A stretch of DNA of 64,000 bases, taken from Patescibacteria group bacterium. GTDB taxonomy: Bacteria; Patescibacteriota; Minisyncoccia; JACQLN01. The notes beneath the pieces were generated by a model that saw only the letters and a list, made by a program, of their open reading frames with translations, searched no databases and was not told where the DNA came from. A program made the translations under genes and the position numbers. Positions 48,595 to 58,577 of the stretch are shown piece by piece; position 1 is the first letter of the stretch; each line of letters begins with the position of its first letter. The stretch covers positions 20,713-84,712 of the forward strand of contig JBBTRR010000006.1 in the NCBI GenBank assembly GCA_038065095.1. Direction: 5' to 3'.

Positions 48595-49944
48595 ATGCTG
48601 TCAAATAGTAAAAAACTAGCCAAATTACCCGCTTCAGCAGGGGTGTATTTCTTTAAGGATAAAGACGGAAAGACAATATACATAGGTAAATCGGGTAATC
48701 TAAAAAATCGTGTTAAAAGCTACTTTAGTAAAGGAGTTAAGTTTTTTAGTCCAGCTAAAGTCAAAATGCTAGCTGAAATTACTGACTTTGAAATTTTAAA
48801 AACAGAATCTGAAATTGAAGCGCTCATAAAAGAATCAGAACTTATTAAAAAACATAAACCCAAGTTTAATGTTTTAATGCGCGACAGTAAAAATTATCTA
48901 TATGTTGCTTTTACCCGCGAAGAATTCCCTAAGATAATTCTGACCCATCAACCTAGTGGCTATACATCATCGAGCCTGAAGGCTCCTCAGAGCCTGAACG
49001 GCCTAGTGGCTAAAAACTATCTCGGCCCCTTTACCGATGGCACCGCCGTTAGAAAAACTTTGCACATTTTACGAGATATTTTCCCTTATTGCACCTGCCA
49101 ACAAAAACACGAAACTAAATGCTTAAATGCTCATATGGGTAAGTGTTTAACTTTCTGCTGTCTTAAAGAATCCTCCAAGATATACCGAATTTACGATCGT
49201 AAATTCGGTATACGGGGGCAATATCAAAAAAATATTAGAGCCATAAAGTCTGTGCTAATTGGCCGAAGCCGAGTTTTGCTTAAAGAACTTAAAAAAGAAA
49301 TTAAACAAGCTATAAAAAATCAAAATTTTGAATTAGCTAAAACAATTAAAAATCAAATAATAAATTTGGATTCGGTTTTAAAACACGCCCATGTTTTAAC
49401 CGAAAAATTTGAATTTTCTTCCCCATCTATATTTAAAGATACTTTGCCAGATTTTACGTTGCTGGGTTTTAAAAATAACCCAAAACGAATAGAAACTTAC
49501 GATATTTCTAATTTCCATGGCGCGGAAGCCGTGGGTTCTATGGTTGTTTTTGAACTTCAAGAAAATGGACAATATAAAGCCAATAAAAACGAATATAGAA
49601 AATTTAAAATTAAAACTGTTTCGGGCATAAACGATCCCGCTATGATGGCAGAAATTATTAAACGCCGTTTAAATAATAATTGGCCACTGCCACAATTGAT
49701 AATTGTAGATGGCGGACGAACACAGTTGAATGCGGCATTAGAAATATTACAAAAAACAAATATTCGTGTAGTTTCTTTGGCTAAAAAATTAGAAGAAATA
49801 TATTTACCCGAAAACAAGGAACCAATCCTTGCTCAAAAATTTGGCCGAAGCTTAAAATATCTTTTTCAAGCGATACGCGATGAAGCGCATAGATTTGCTA
49901 TTAGCTATCATAGAAAACTGCATCGCCAAGCTATTTCTAAATAA
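48595..49944 (+). CDS. uvrC: excinuclease ABC subunit C, short form
   Basis: GIY-YIG AGVYFFKDKDGKTIYIGKSGNLKNRVKSYF. UVR-like FELAKTIKNQI. RNase H-like nuclease domain (DISNFHG, IVDGGRTQL). No C-terminal (HhH)2. Confidence 0.85.
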   Translation: MLSNSKKLAKLPASAGVYFFKDKDGKTIYIGKSGNLKNRVKSYFSKGVKFFSPAKVKMLAEITDFEILKTESEIEALIKESELIKKHKPKFNVLMRDSKNYLYVAFTREEFPKIILTHQPSGYTSSSLKAPQSLNGLVAKNYLGPFTDGTAVRKTLHILRDIFPYCTCQQKHETKCLNAHMGKCLTFCCLKESSKIYRIYDRKFGIRGQYQKNIRAIKSVLIGRSRVLLKELKKEIKQAIKNQNFELAKTIKNQIINLDSVLKHAHVLTEKFEFSSPSIFKDTLPDFTLLGFKNNPKRIETYDISNFHGAEAVGSMVVFELQENGQYKANKNEYRKFKIKTVSGINDPAMMAEIIKRRLNNNWPLPQLIIVDGGRTQLNAALEILQKTNIRVVSLAKKLEEIYLPENKEPILAQKFGRSLKYLFQAIRDEAHRFAISYHRKLHRQAISK

Positions 49945-49947
49945 TAC

Positions 49948-49976
49948 TTGACAACTTAACAATAAAAGATTTTAAT
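49948..49976 (+). promoter_or_regulatory. sigma70-like promoter
   Basis: TTGACA, 17-nt spacer, TTTAAT. Confidence 0.5.
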
Positions 49977-49989
49977 TATAGTATTAGTA

Positions 49990-50232
49990 CCTTAAACTGC
50001 TTATCCTCATGAAAAATGAGGGCTGACAACCAAAAGCGTATGTATTACGTAGACGGAACGGATAAAGTAGACCTCCCCTCTGCTCTATTCCGTGGTCAGC
50101 CCTCTTTACAAAAAACGGGGAGATATTAAAAGATAAAGAAAGGAGTTTTTTAAGGTCAACAGACAAAACGAATTTCATCCCACTAAGTGGGCAAGCAAAA
50201 ACATATTTCCAATATCTGGGGAGAAATTGGAA
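49990..50232 (+). promoter_or_regulatory. structured 5' leader with mutually exclusive helices (candidate riboswitch or attenuator)
   Basis: Local hairpin cctcat-gaaaa-atgagg (50005-50021) competes with the 10-bp long-range pairing gagggctgac (50018-27) and gtcagccctc (50094-50103). Further hairpins before SD GGGGAGA. Confidence 0.45.
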
Positions 50233-50604
50233 ATGCAAACGACCAGAGAAGCTCCAGACCTAAGCAAGGTAGTGTTGCCAGAAGGATATAGAGTCGTCGG
50301 CTACTTCAAGAATGGAGCCGAGCACCTACTCCTTTCCACGAGGCATGGGCTCATAGGGTGTCTAAAAAAGAAGGATGACACCCTTGGGAGGGAGGTCAAG
50401 GTGGCAACTTCCAGAGAGTTTGTCGATACTAGGAAGTCTCGCCACACCAACTTCTTCCTCTGCCTCGCCAGCGATCCGGGCAACCAAGAAAAAGGTCTGG
50501 ATCTGGTGTACCAGTCAGACAGAGAGTTGGCCAGATCCAAGTTCACTCTTGTCTGTTCTGGATCATCATATGTAAGGGTCATGAGCGCACAAAACGCTTC
50601 ATGA
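50233..50604 (+). CDS. hypothetical small protein, GC-richer
   Basis: ATG at 50233 with SD GGGGAGA. 123 aa. Strong terminator downstream. Confidence 0.45.
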   Translation: MQTTREAPDLSKVVLPEGYRVVGYFKNGAEHLLLSTRHGLIGCLKKKDDTLGREVKVATSREFVDTRKSRHTNFFLCLASDPGNQEKGLDLVYQSDRELARSKFTLVCSGSSYVRVMSAQNAS

Positions 50605-50611
50605 TCAACGT

Positions 50612-50650
50612 GCCGGCAGCTTAAAACAAAGCTGCCGGTCTTTTATTTTT
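50612..50650 (+). terminator. intrinsic terminator
   Basis: ccggcagctt-aaaacaa-agctgccgg then TCTTTTATTTTTT. Confidence 0.8.
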
Positions 50651-50830
50651 TTAAATTGACTTATCTAATCAAAATTGCTAGCATTATTGTGTACTGAAAA
50701 AATCTCTTTTTACTTAATAGATACTCTATGTATGACCCTAAAAGGGTGAGGTTTTTAATTGTCCCATTTTAGAAACAGCCCGCTCTAGGTCATTTGGGCG
50801 CGCGAAGCGCGGGCGGGGTTTCTAACGGGA

Positions 50831-51049
50831 TTGCTTAATATGATAATAAACATAATACAAATAGTTTTAGCTGTCTTGTTGGTAATTACTGTGTTGCTAC
50901 AACAACAAGGTTCTGGTTTATCTGGCGCCTTTGGCGGTGAAGGAGAATTTCATCATACTAAAAGAGGTGCCGAAAAATATCTTTTCGTAGCTACGATTGT
51001 TTTGTCTGTTCTATTCTTTGGAACTGCCTTGGCTAATATAGTTTTCTAA
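50831..51049 (+). CDS. secG: preprotein translocase subunit SecG
   Basis: 72 aa. TM, LLQQQGSGLSGAFGG, second TM, as in SecG. Confidence 0.8.
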   Translation: MLNMIINIIQIVLAVLLVITVLLQQQGSGLSGAFGGEGEFHHTKRGAEKYLFVATIVLSVLFFGTALANIVF

Positions 51050-51077
51050 ATATATCTCGCGATCCGAGATAACTTAT

Positions 51078-52823
51078 TTGAAAGTGAAGGAAAAAATTAA
51101 CAAAATTTGGAAACGCATAAAGTTTATGCGTTCGTTATCTATAAAACACTGGCGTTATTTGCTTAGACAACTAAGCAAGAAAGAAATAAACGCTATTTTA
51201 GTTTTTCTTGGATTAGCCATCACCTCATCTTTATTTTTAGGTGTTTATGATTATTGGTTTTTAAGAACTTCGGTCGCATCCTCTGGTGGAACATATTCCG
51301 AAGGTGTTATTGGCGAACCTCGTTATATAAACCCCGCTTTAGCTTCGGCTAGCGAAGTTGACCGCGACCTAACTACACTTATTTTTTCTGGCTTAGTTAA
51401 ACACAATGAACTTGGAAATATTATTCCAGATCTAGCCGAAAGTTATCAAATAAGAGATAACGGAAAAACTTATGAATTTAAACTTAAAGAAAATTTAAGC
51501 TGGCCCGACAAAAAGCCATTAACTAGTGATGATGTAATTTTCACAATAAACTTAATTAAAGATTCTAAATTTCAAAGCCCGCTACGCAACAACTGGCAAG
51601 GTGTAAGAATAGAAAAAATTGATGAGCTTAGATTTGTAATAAAATTGCCGGTAGCCTATGAACCTTTTTTAGAAAATGCTACCCTAGGAATTTTACCTCA
51701 ACATATTTGGGAAAATGTTCAACCACAAAACTTTCTATTAACTCAACTTAACTTAAAACCAATAGGTTTTGGTCAATATCAAGTTACAAAAATAACCAAG
51801 AATGCTTCTGGAGTTATAAAGTCTATGGAATTTTCTCCCAATCCGCGCTATTATGAAAAAGCAAATATATCTCTTTTAAGAATTCGTTTCTATGAAAACC
51901 AAGAAGATTTGGTTAATGCTTTTAAGCGCCGAGAGATTGATGGTTTTTCTTTAAGCTCAGTTTTAGATAAAATAGAACTTAAAAAATCTAGAGATCTTGT
52001 TTTTTACGACATTAAGTTGCCTAGGTATTATGGAGTATTTTTTAATCAAACAAGATCCGATGTCTTAGCCGAGCTTGATGTAAGAAAAGCTTTATCTTAT
52101 GCCACAGATAAAGAAACACTAATAAAGGATATTTTAAAATCTGAAGCTCAAACTCAAAAAGGACCATTGCCTTTTGGGCTTTTGAATATAGGTATACCGG
52201 AAATAAACTATAATTTTGATATTGAAACTGCTAAAAACATACTAGATAAATCTGGCTGGAAGATTGGGGAAAACGGCATAAGAGAAAAAAAATTAAAAGG
52301 TAAAACAACAAAATTAGAATTTGCGCTTACTACTACGGATTGGCCGGAACATACGCAAGTTGCCAGTAATTTAAAACAAAACTGGGAAAAGATAGGCGCA
52401 AAAATAGATTTAGATGTTGTGCCAGTTAACGGCATTCAAACCCAAAACATAAGACCACGCCAGTACCAAGCCCTACTTTTTGGAGAAGTTTTAAGCTTAA
52501 ACCCAGACCCATTTTCTTTTTGGCATTCCACACAAAGAAGAGATCCTGGTTTGAATTTAGCATTATATAACAACAAAAAAGTTGACGGACTTTTAGAATC
52601 AGCTCGCCAAGAAAACGACCCCAACAAAAGAATAAAATCTTACGAAGCCTTCCAAAAAATAATAATGCAAGACATCCCAGCCATATTCCTTTATAGCCCA
52701 AATTATATTTATGCTGTATCTGGAAAAATTAAAGGTATTAACACCAAAGCTATTAACACTCCATCGCAAAGATTTGAAAATATAAACAAATGGCATACCG
52801 CCACCAAGAGAGTAAAAAAATAA
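51078..52823 (+). CDS. ABC transporter substrate-binding protein, family 5 (OppA/DppA-like)
   Basis: N-terminal anchor. SBP_bac_5 architecture and length. Start may be at 51126. Confidence 0.75.
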   Translation: MKVKEKINKIWKRIKFMRSLSIKHWRYLLRQLSKKEINAILVFLGLAITSSLFLGVYDYWFLRTSVASSGGTYSEGVIGEPRYINPALASASEVDRDLTTLIFSGLVKHNELGNIIPDLAESYQIRDNGKTYEFKLKENLSWPDKKPLTSDDVIFTINLIKDSKFQSPLRNNWQGVRIEKIDELRFVIKLPVAYEPFLENATLGILPQHIWENVQPQNFLLTQLNLKPIGFGQYQVTKITKNASGVIKSMEFSPNPRYYEKANISLLRIRFYENQEDLVNAFKRREIDGFSLSSVLDKIELKKSRDLVFYDIKLPRYYGVFFNQTRSDVLAELDVRKALSYATDKETLIKDILKSEAQTQKGPLPFGLLNIGIPEINYNFDIETAKNILDKSGWKIGENGIREKKLKGKTTKLEFALTTTDWPEHTQVASNLKQNWEKIGAKIDLDVVPVNGIQTQNIRPRQYQALLFGEVLSLNPDPFSFWHSTQRRDPGLNLALYNNKKVDGLLESARQENDPNKRIKSYEAFQKIIMQDIPAIFLYSPNYIYAVSGKIKGINTKAINTPSQRFENINKWHTATKRVKK

Positions 52824-52830
52824 AGCTCTC

Positions 52831-52915
52831 GGGGATGTGGTGAAATTGGCAGACACGCAGCGTTCAGGTCGCTGTGAGCGCAAGCTCTTGGGAGTTCAAA
52901 TCTCCCCATCCCCAC
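52831..52915 (+). tRNA. tRNA-Leu(CAG)
   Basis: ggggatg acceptor, D-arm GGTGAAATTGGCAG, anticodon loop TTCAGGT, long variable arm, T-arm GGGAGTTCAAATCTCCC. Confidence 0.85.
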
Positions 52916-53009
52916 CTTCAAAATAAAAAATTAAAGATTAAAAATTAAAGTTTTTTAATTTTGAATTTAAATTTTACATTTTGAATTTTAACTTTTAAAT
53001 TTATTAAAT

Positions 53010-54905
53010 ATGAATCAACCATACAGACCACATAGTGGCGATAGACAAAATAATAGACAAGGTAACAGACACAGCGGTCGACCATCCAATTCGGGAAAAT
53101 TATTTTTTAGATCATCAACTAATCAAGATAACGAAAACCCTCGCGGACCAAGAAACCTTAGGGGTAATTTTGTTCCAAAAACTAACGAAGAATACCAGGA
53201 CACAGGCCCTAAAGTACCTCAACAGAATTGCTTACGTATTATTCCTTTGGGTGGCTTAGGCGAAGTTGGTCGCAATATGACAGTTATAGAATGGCGTGAT
53301 TACGACAAAGACGATCGCGATATTTTACTTATTGATGCTGGCGTAAGATTTCCCGAAGAAGACATGCCTGGTATTGATTTGCTAATTCCAAACATAAAAT
53401 ATTTAGAAGATAAAACCGACAAAATTAGCGGACTAGTATTTACACATGGTCACTTCGACCATATCGGCGCCTTGCCTTATATGCTTGAACAAATTGGTAA
53501 CCCAATGATTTATGCCGCTCCATTAACTAAGGGTTTGATTATAAAACGCCACGAAGAGTTTAAACAACTACCCAAGTTAATGATAGACGAAATTAGAAAT
53601 GGTGATAAAAGAAAGATTGGCGTTTTTGAAGTTGAATTTATTCACATCAATCATAGTATTCCCGACGATATGGCTTTGCTTATTAAAACTCCAGCGGGCA
53701 ATATTATGTGCACTTCCGATTTTAAATTTGATCATAACCCTGTTATAGATAAGCCCGCCGAAATTGAACGCTTAAAGAAAATTGGTGACGACGGTTTACT
53801 TTTAGTAATGAGCGATAGCACTGGTGCCGAAGAACCAGGCCACTCTATTTCTGAATCCGACATTCAAGCCAACCTAGAAAAACTTATTCAAGATGCTCCA
53901 GGGCGAGTTATTGTGGGTATGTTTGCTTCGGCTATTAATCGTGTTCAACAAATTATTGCTATTTCCGAAAAATTTAATCGCAAGGTTGTAGTGGAAGGTT
54001 TTAGTATGAAAGCTGCAGTAGAAGTTTCTAAAGTTTTGGGCTACATCAAAACCAAAAAAGGAACTTTAATTTCGGCTTCCGAAAGCAATAAATATCCAGA
54101 TAGCAAAATAACTATTTTAGGCACTGGTGGCCAAGGCGAAGAAAACGCTGTTTTAATGAGATTAGCCACCCACCGCCATAAACAATTAGAACTTAAAAAA
54201 GGAGATACCATTATATTCTCTTCTTCTATTATTCCGGGCAACGAAAGAACCATTCAACAATTAAAAGATAATTTATTGCGTCACGGCGTAAAAGTTTATA
54301 ACTACCGAATGTTAGACATTCATGCTGGCGGACACGGCCATCAAGAGGATTTAATGTATATGTTGGAACTTGTTAGACCAAAATTTTTAATGCCAGTACA
54401 CGGCCAACTTTCAATGTTGTTTGCTATGAAAGACCTTGGCATACGTTTTGGTATGAAAGAAGAAAATATTGTTGTGGTTGAAAACGGTAATGTGGTTAGA
54501 GTAACCGCCGATCAAATTTCTGTAGATAAAAAACCAGTGCCAGCCGAAATGGTTATGGTAGATGGGCTTGGTGTGGGCGATGTAGGTTCGGTAGTGCTTC
54601 GCGACCGCCAAATGTTAGCCGAAGATGGCATGTTTATGGTGGTAGCTGTGGTAGATTCTAAAACCGGCCGAGTGCGCGGTAGCCCAGATATTATTTCCCG
54701 TGGATTTATTTATTTACGCGACAACAAACAAATGCTGTTAGACGCTAGAATGATAATTAGAAAAGTTATAGAAGGGGCTACTGGCGGTGAACATCCATTT
54801 AACGATGCGTTGGTTAAAGATGAAATTAGAGAACGCTTAGGCCAATTCTTATTCCAAAAAACTCATAGACGACCAATGATTCTGCCAGTGTTGATTCAGG
54901 TGTAG
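53010..54905 (+). CDS. rnj: ribonuclease J with about 70-aa R/N/G-rich N-terminal extension
   Basis: HGHFDHIGALPY (MBL HxHxDH). Beta-CASP and C-terminal domain. 631 aa. Confidence 0.88.
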   Translation: MNQPYRPHSGDRQNNRQGNRHSGRPSNSGKLFFRSSTNQDNENPRGPRNLRGNFVPKTNEEYQDTGPKVPQQNCLRIIPLGGLGEVGRNMTVIEWRDYDKDDRDILLIDAGVRFPEEDMPGIDLLIPNIKYLEDKTDKISGLVFTHGHFDHIGALPYMLEQIGNPMIYAAPLTKGLIIKRHEEFKQLPKLMIDEIRNGDKRKIGVFEVEFIHINHSIPDDMALLIKTPAGNIMCTSDFKFDHNPVIDKPAEIERLKKIGDDGLLLVMSDSTGAEEPGHSISESDIQANLEKLIQDAPGRVIVGMFASAINRVQQIIAISEKFNRKVVVEGFSMKAAVEVSKVLGYIKTKKGTLISASESNKYPDSKITILGTGGQGEENAVLMRLATHRHKQLELKKGDTIIFSSSIIPGNERTIQQLKDNLLRHGVKVYNYRMLDIHAGGHGHQEDLMYMLELVRPKFLMPVHGQLSMLFAMKDLGIRFGMKEENIVVVENGNVVRVTADQISVDKKPVPAEMVMVDGLGVGDVGSVVLRDRQMLAEDGMFMVVAVVDSKTGRVRGSPDIISRGFIYLRDNKQMLLDARMIIRKVIEGATGGEHPFNDALVKDEIRERLGQFLFQKTHRRPMILPVLIQV

Positions 54906-54949
54906 GTTCTTGATAAACTAACCTCAGTTCTTACCTAAAGGAGGTTTGT

Positions 54950-55258
54950 ATGCCCAACCTACCAAAAACATGGGGGGTTTCGTATCAACATGGAAATCCC
55001 GACGTTCCACACAGCTGGGATTATGAATGTTTGGAATGTAAGTGGAGTTATTTTAGTGCGGAATCTTTTGACCAAATAGTAGGATTTCATTTGCTGTCCG
55101 AACCAGAATATGGAATTACAACAAGTTATAAAAAAATAGGTATATTTATAATTGAATGCCCCAAATGTTTTTCGAAGTTTTGGATACATGCAACAGAAGA
55201 TATTATGGAATATGCGATACACGGTTGCCAAAAATGGCCGAAAGAAAACCCCGAATGA
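54950..55258 (+). CDS. small zinc-ribbon protein
   Basis: Strong SD AAGGAGG. CLEC and CPKC pairs plus HGC. Bidirectional terminator follows. Confidence 0.45.
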   Translation: MPNLPKTWGVSYQHGNPDVPHSWDYECLECKWSYFSAESFDQIVGFHLLSEPEYGITTSYKKIGIFIIECPKCFSKFWIHATEDIMEYAIHGCQKWPKENPE

Positions 55259-55275
55259 TTTCGGGGTTTTTTATG
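55247..55275. terminator. bidirectional terminator
   Basis: aaaaccccgaa-tgatt-tcggggtttttt. Confidence 0.7.
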
Positions 55276-56607
55276 CTTTCAAAATATTTTCTATTTCCTC
55301 TTTCAGCTTATTTATCTCTTCCCTATTCTTGCCTTCTAAATTTAGCCTCCAAACGCTTTCGGTATTAGAACGGCGTAGGTTAAAACGCCACGCTGAGTTT
55401 TCCACACTTAAGCCATCAATTTCGCTTATGTTTTCGTTTTTATATTTTTCTTTTATGGTTCCAATAATTTTATCTATTCTGCCTTCAAAAGGAATATTTA
55501 TTTCGGGAATAATTATATAATTTCTGTAAGGTTCTAAAAGTTTAGACAGTGGTTTTTTCTTTTTATTTAAAACAAAAACCATAGCCAGCACCGCCACTAT
55601 AGCATTATCGCCATAATATAAATCTTTAAAAAAATAATGCCCCGATTTCTCCGCGCCCATTTCTGCTTTAATTTTTTTCATTGTGGCCTGCATTTTGGTT
55701 CGGCCAACCGGCACCACACCTAATTGCATGCCTTTCTTTTTGGCAGTTTCATCTACAACACGTGCTAATGCAATATTTTTTACAACTGCTTTGGCTTTTT
55801 TATAAGGCAGGTAGTTTTCTATAAACAAAGAAAAAACATAACTTGGGTCTATAACCTCGCCCAGTTCGTCTAAAAACAAAACCCTATCACCATCGCCATC
55901 TATAACAACGCCAAAACCAAACTTACTCTGCTTCATTAGTATTTTTATTCCCTTTTGGCTTTCGGGTAAAAGCGGGTTCGGGCTATGTGCCGGAAATTTA
56001 CCATTGGGAGTTTCGTTTAATGTAGCAAAATCTATTTTTAATTTTTCTAAAACTAAAACAAATTCTGGTCCAGAGGAACCATTAGAAAAGTCTAGAGCAA
56101 TTTTCAGCTTTGATCTAAATGAAGGCATTTTTTTAATTATAAAATCAACATATTCCCCTATGGGCGAATGTTTTTTAGAATCAATTTTATGCTCTACTTT
56201 TGCCTCGCTTGTATTTACATTTTTGAATTTATTTTCTAATTTATTAAGCCCAGTCAGTTTATCTACAATCCCATTTTTTGCCGAAAAAAGTTTAAGCCCG
56301 TTTTGGTCTTTAGGATTATGCGAAGCCGTTATCATTAAAGTATCTACTTTATATTTTTGCGAATACCACAAACAAAATGGGGTGCTAACACAGCCCAAAT
56401 CTATAATTTTTACTTTCTTATTTTGCAAAGCCGAAGCTAAATACAAAAACAAAGTTTCGCCCGAAAGCCGAGAATCTCGCCCTATAGCAATCTTTTTAGG
56501 TTTAAAAGCTTCGTAATATGCTTTGCCTAAATTATAAAAAATAGTTTCGTTTACTTCGCCTGGGTAGTGACCCCGAATATCGTATTCGTGAAATATACTA
56601 GAAGACA
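55271..56607 (-). CDS. phosphoglucomutase/phosphomannomutase (alpha-D-phosphohexomutase)
   Basis: Active-site TASHNPKDQNGLK. Four-domain length. Start at MSSSIFHEYDIRG. Confidence 0.85.
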
Positions 56608-56636
56608 TAATTATTATATGATAGCATAATAGGCTT

Positions 56637-57710
56637 ATGAAGATCGGCATTGTTGGATTACCAAATGTTGGTAAATCTACCTTATTTAAAACCATAACAG
56701 AAAAGGAGGTTGTTATTGCTAATTACCCTTTCGCCACAATAGATCCAAACATTGGAGTTGTGGCAATACCCGACGAACGCTTACAAAAACTAGCGGAGTT
56801 TTCTAATTCTAAAAAAACTGTACCAGCCATAATAGAATTTGCCGATATTGCCGGATTAGTAAAAGGCGCTTCGCAAGGCTTAGGTTTAGGCAATGAATTT
56901 TTAAATAATATTCGCGATGTAGATGCAATTTTGCACTTGGTTAGAGTTTTTAAAGATAGCAATATAATTCACGTAGAAAACGAACCCGATCCTGTTCGTG
57001 ATTTTGAGATAATAAATTTGGAACTTATTTTAAAAGATTTAGATATAGTTTCTAAGGCTTTGACCAAAGCTGAATCGGAAGCCAAAACTAACGACAAATT
57101 AAAAGTTAAACGAAAAGAAATTTTCCAAAAAATGAAATCTTTGCTAGAAGAAAACAAACTTCTTTATGGGCATCTTGATGCAGACGAAACCAAAATAGCT
57201 TATGAAGTTGGATTGTTAACATATAAACCAATGCTAGTTGTTTTTAATATTTCCGAAGAAGAACTTTCAATAAATTGGGAACCAGATGCAAAACTTAAAA
57301 ACCTTCTTGGAAATATTCCTTACTTAGCTATAGCTATAGCTGTAGAAGAAATGGCTACTGGAGCCAACGAAAACGAAAAGAAAGAAATACTAGAAATGGC
57401 AGGAATTAAAGAAACTGGTTTGACTAAACTTATACGCAAAAGCTACGAAACTTTGGGCTTAATGACATATTTTACAACAGGCGAAGACGAAACCCGAGCA
57501 TGGACAATTCCAGTGGGTTCCAAAGCTCCACGCGCGGGCCGTGCCATACATTCCGATTTTGAAGACCGATTTATTAGGGCCGAAGTAATACACTGGGATA
57601 AGCTCTTAGAAGCTGGTTCTTGGGCCAAAGCACGCGATCTAGGCCTATTACGCATTGAGGGCAAGGAATACGTGGTTAAAGATGGGGATGTAGTTGAGTT
57701 TAGAGTCTAA
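56637..57710 (+). CDS. ychF: ribosome-binding ATPase YchF
   Basis: MKIGIVGLPNVGKSTLF G1 box and TGS domain C-terminus. Confidence 0.92.
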   Translation: MKIGIVGLPNVGKSTLFKTITEKEVVIANYPFATIDPNIGVVAIPDERLQKLAEFSNSKKTVPAIIEFADIAGLVKGASQGLGLGNEFLNNIRDVDAILHLVRVFKDSNIIHVENEPDPVRDFEIINLELILKDLDIVSKALTKAESEAKTNDKLKVKRKEIFQKMKSLLEENKLLYGHLDADETKIAYEVGLLTYKPMLVVFNISEEELSINWEPDAKLKNLLGNIPYLAIAIAVEEMATGANENEKKEILEMAGIKETGLTKLIRKSYETLGLMTYFTTGEDETRAWTIPVGSKAPRAGRAIHSDFEDRFIRAEVIHWDKLLEAGSWAKARDLGLLRIEGKEYVVKDGDVVEFRV

Positions 57711-57764
57711 TATTGACCTAACTGGCTGGATTTGTTAGGATATGGGAACAATTTTACTAAGGAT

Positions 57765-58037
57765 ATGGCGCATACAAAAGCAACTGGGTCTACTACATTA
57801 GGACGAGACTCAATATCAAAAAGATTAGGTTTAAAACTACACGACGGCCAAATAGCCAAAGCCGGTAATCTTATAGTTAAGCAAAGAGGTAGCCGAGTTT
57901 GGCCTGGTAAGAATGTTAAAAAAGGTGGCGATGATACACTTTATGCCGCTAAAGATGGAATTATAAAATTCAGCACAAAATTAAAGATAGATTTTACGGG
58001 GCACAAAAAACTAGTGAAAGTGGTGAGTGTAATATAA
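57765..58037 (+). CDS. rpmA: 50S ribosomal protein L27
   Basis: MAHTKATGSTTLGRDSISKRLGLK aligns to the L27 N-terminus. Confidence 0.88.
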   Translation: MAHTKATGSTTLGRDSISKRLGLKLHDGQIAKAGNLIVKQRGSRVWPGKNVKKGGDDTLYAAKDGIIKFSTKLKIDFTGHKKLVKVVSVI

Positions 58038-58053
58038 AGATTAAAAAAGACTA

Positions 58054-58090
58054 ATATCCGACCTTCTATAGAAGGTCGGATATTTTAAAT
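58054..58090. terminator. bidirectional terminator between rpmA and rplI
   Basis: atatccgacct-tctatag-aaggtcggatat then TTTAAATTATTTT. Confidence 0.7.
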
Positions 58091-58118
58091 TATTTTGTTA
58101 ATTCTTAATTCTTTATTA

Positions 58119-58568
58119 TTATGAATCTTCAGAAACCACCACCACTTTAACCTCGGCTTCTAATCCATGAGGCAAAGAAACAACTATCATATGATCCCCT
58201 ACTTTTTTAATAGCAGATTTAATCTTTATTTGGCTCTTAGATATTTTAAAACCAATACCACTTAAAGTTTCAGCAATTTTTTGAGCCGATAAACCAGCAT
58301 AACCCACACCTTCCTTAGAAACTTTCATTGGAATCTCAACTTCTAAACCTTCCAATTTTTGAGCCATACTTTCAAATTCCACCAATTCTTTTTCGGCTTT
58401 TTTCTTTTTAGCTTCACTCTGAACATCTAAATCCATCGCCACTGCCGAAGTTAAAACCATAGCTAAACCACGGGGAAACAAAAAATTCTTAGCGTACCCT
58501 GGGGTAACGGTTTTAACTTGTGATTTCTTTCCAAGACTCGGTACATCTTTTAGTAATACCACTTTCAT
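58119..58568 (-). CDS. rplI: 50S ribosomal protein L9
   Basis: MKVVLLKDVPSLGKKSQVKTVTPGYAKNFLFPRGLA. Confidence 0.9.
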   Translation of the reverse strand: MKVVLLKDVPSLGKKSQVKTVTPGYAKNFLFPRGLAMVLTSAVAMDLDVQSEAKKKKAEKELVEFESMAQKLEGLEVEIPMKVSKEGVGYAGLSAQKIAETLSGIGFKISKSQIKIKSAIKKVGDHMIVVSLPHGLEAEVKVVVVSEDS

Positions 58569-58577
58569 AATTTTATA

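Noticed and set aside
49984-50238. 84-aa minus-strand ORF overlapping the structured leader
   Set aside because: Antisense to a promoter/leader region and no SD. Likely spurious.
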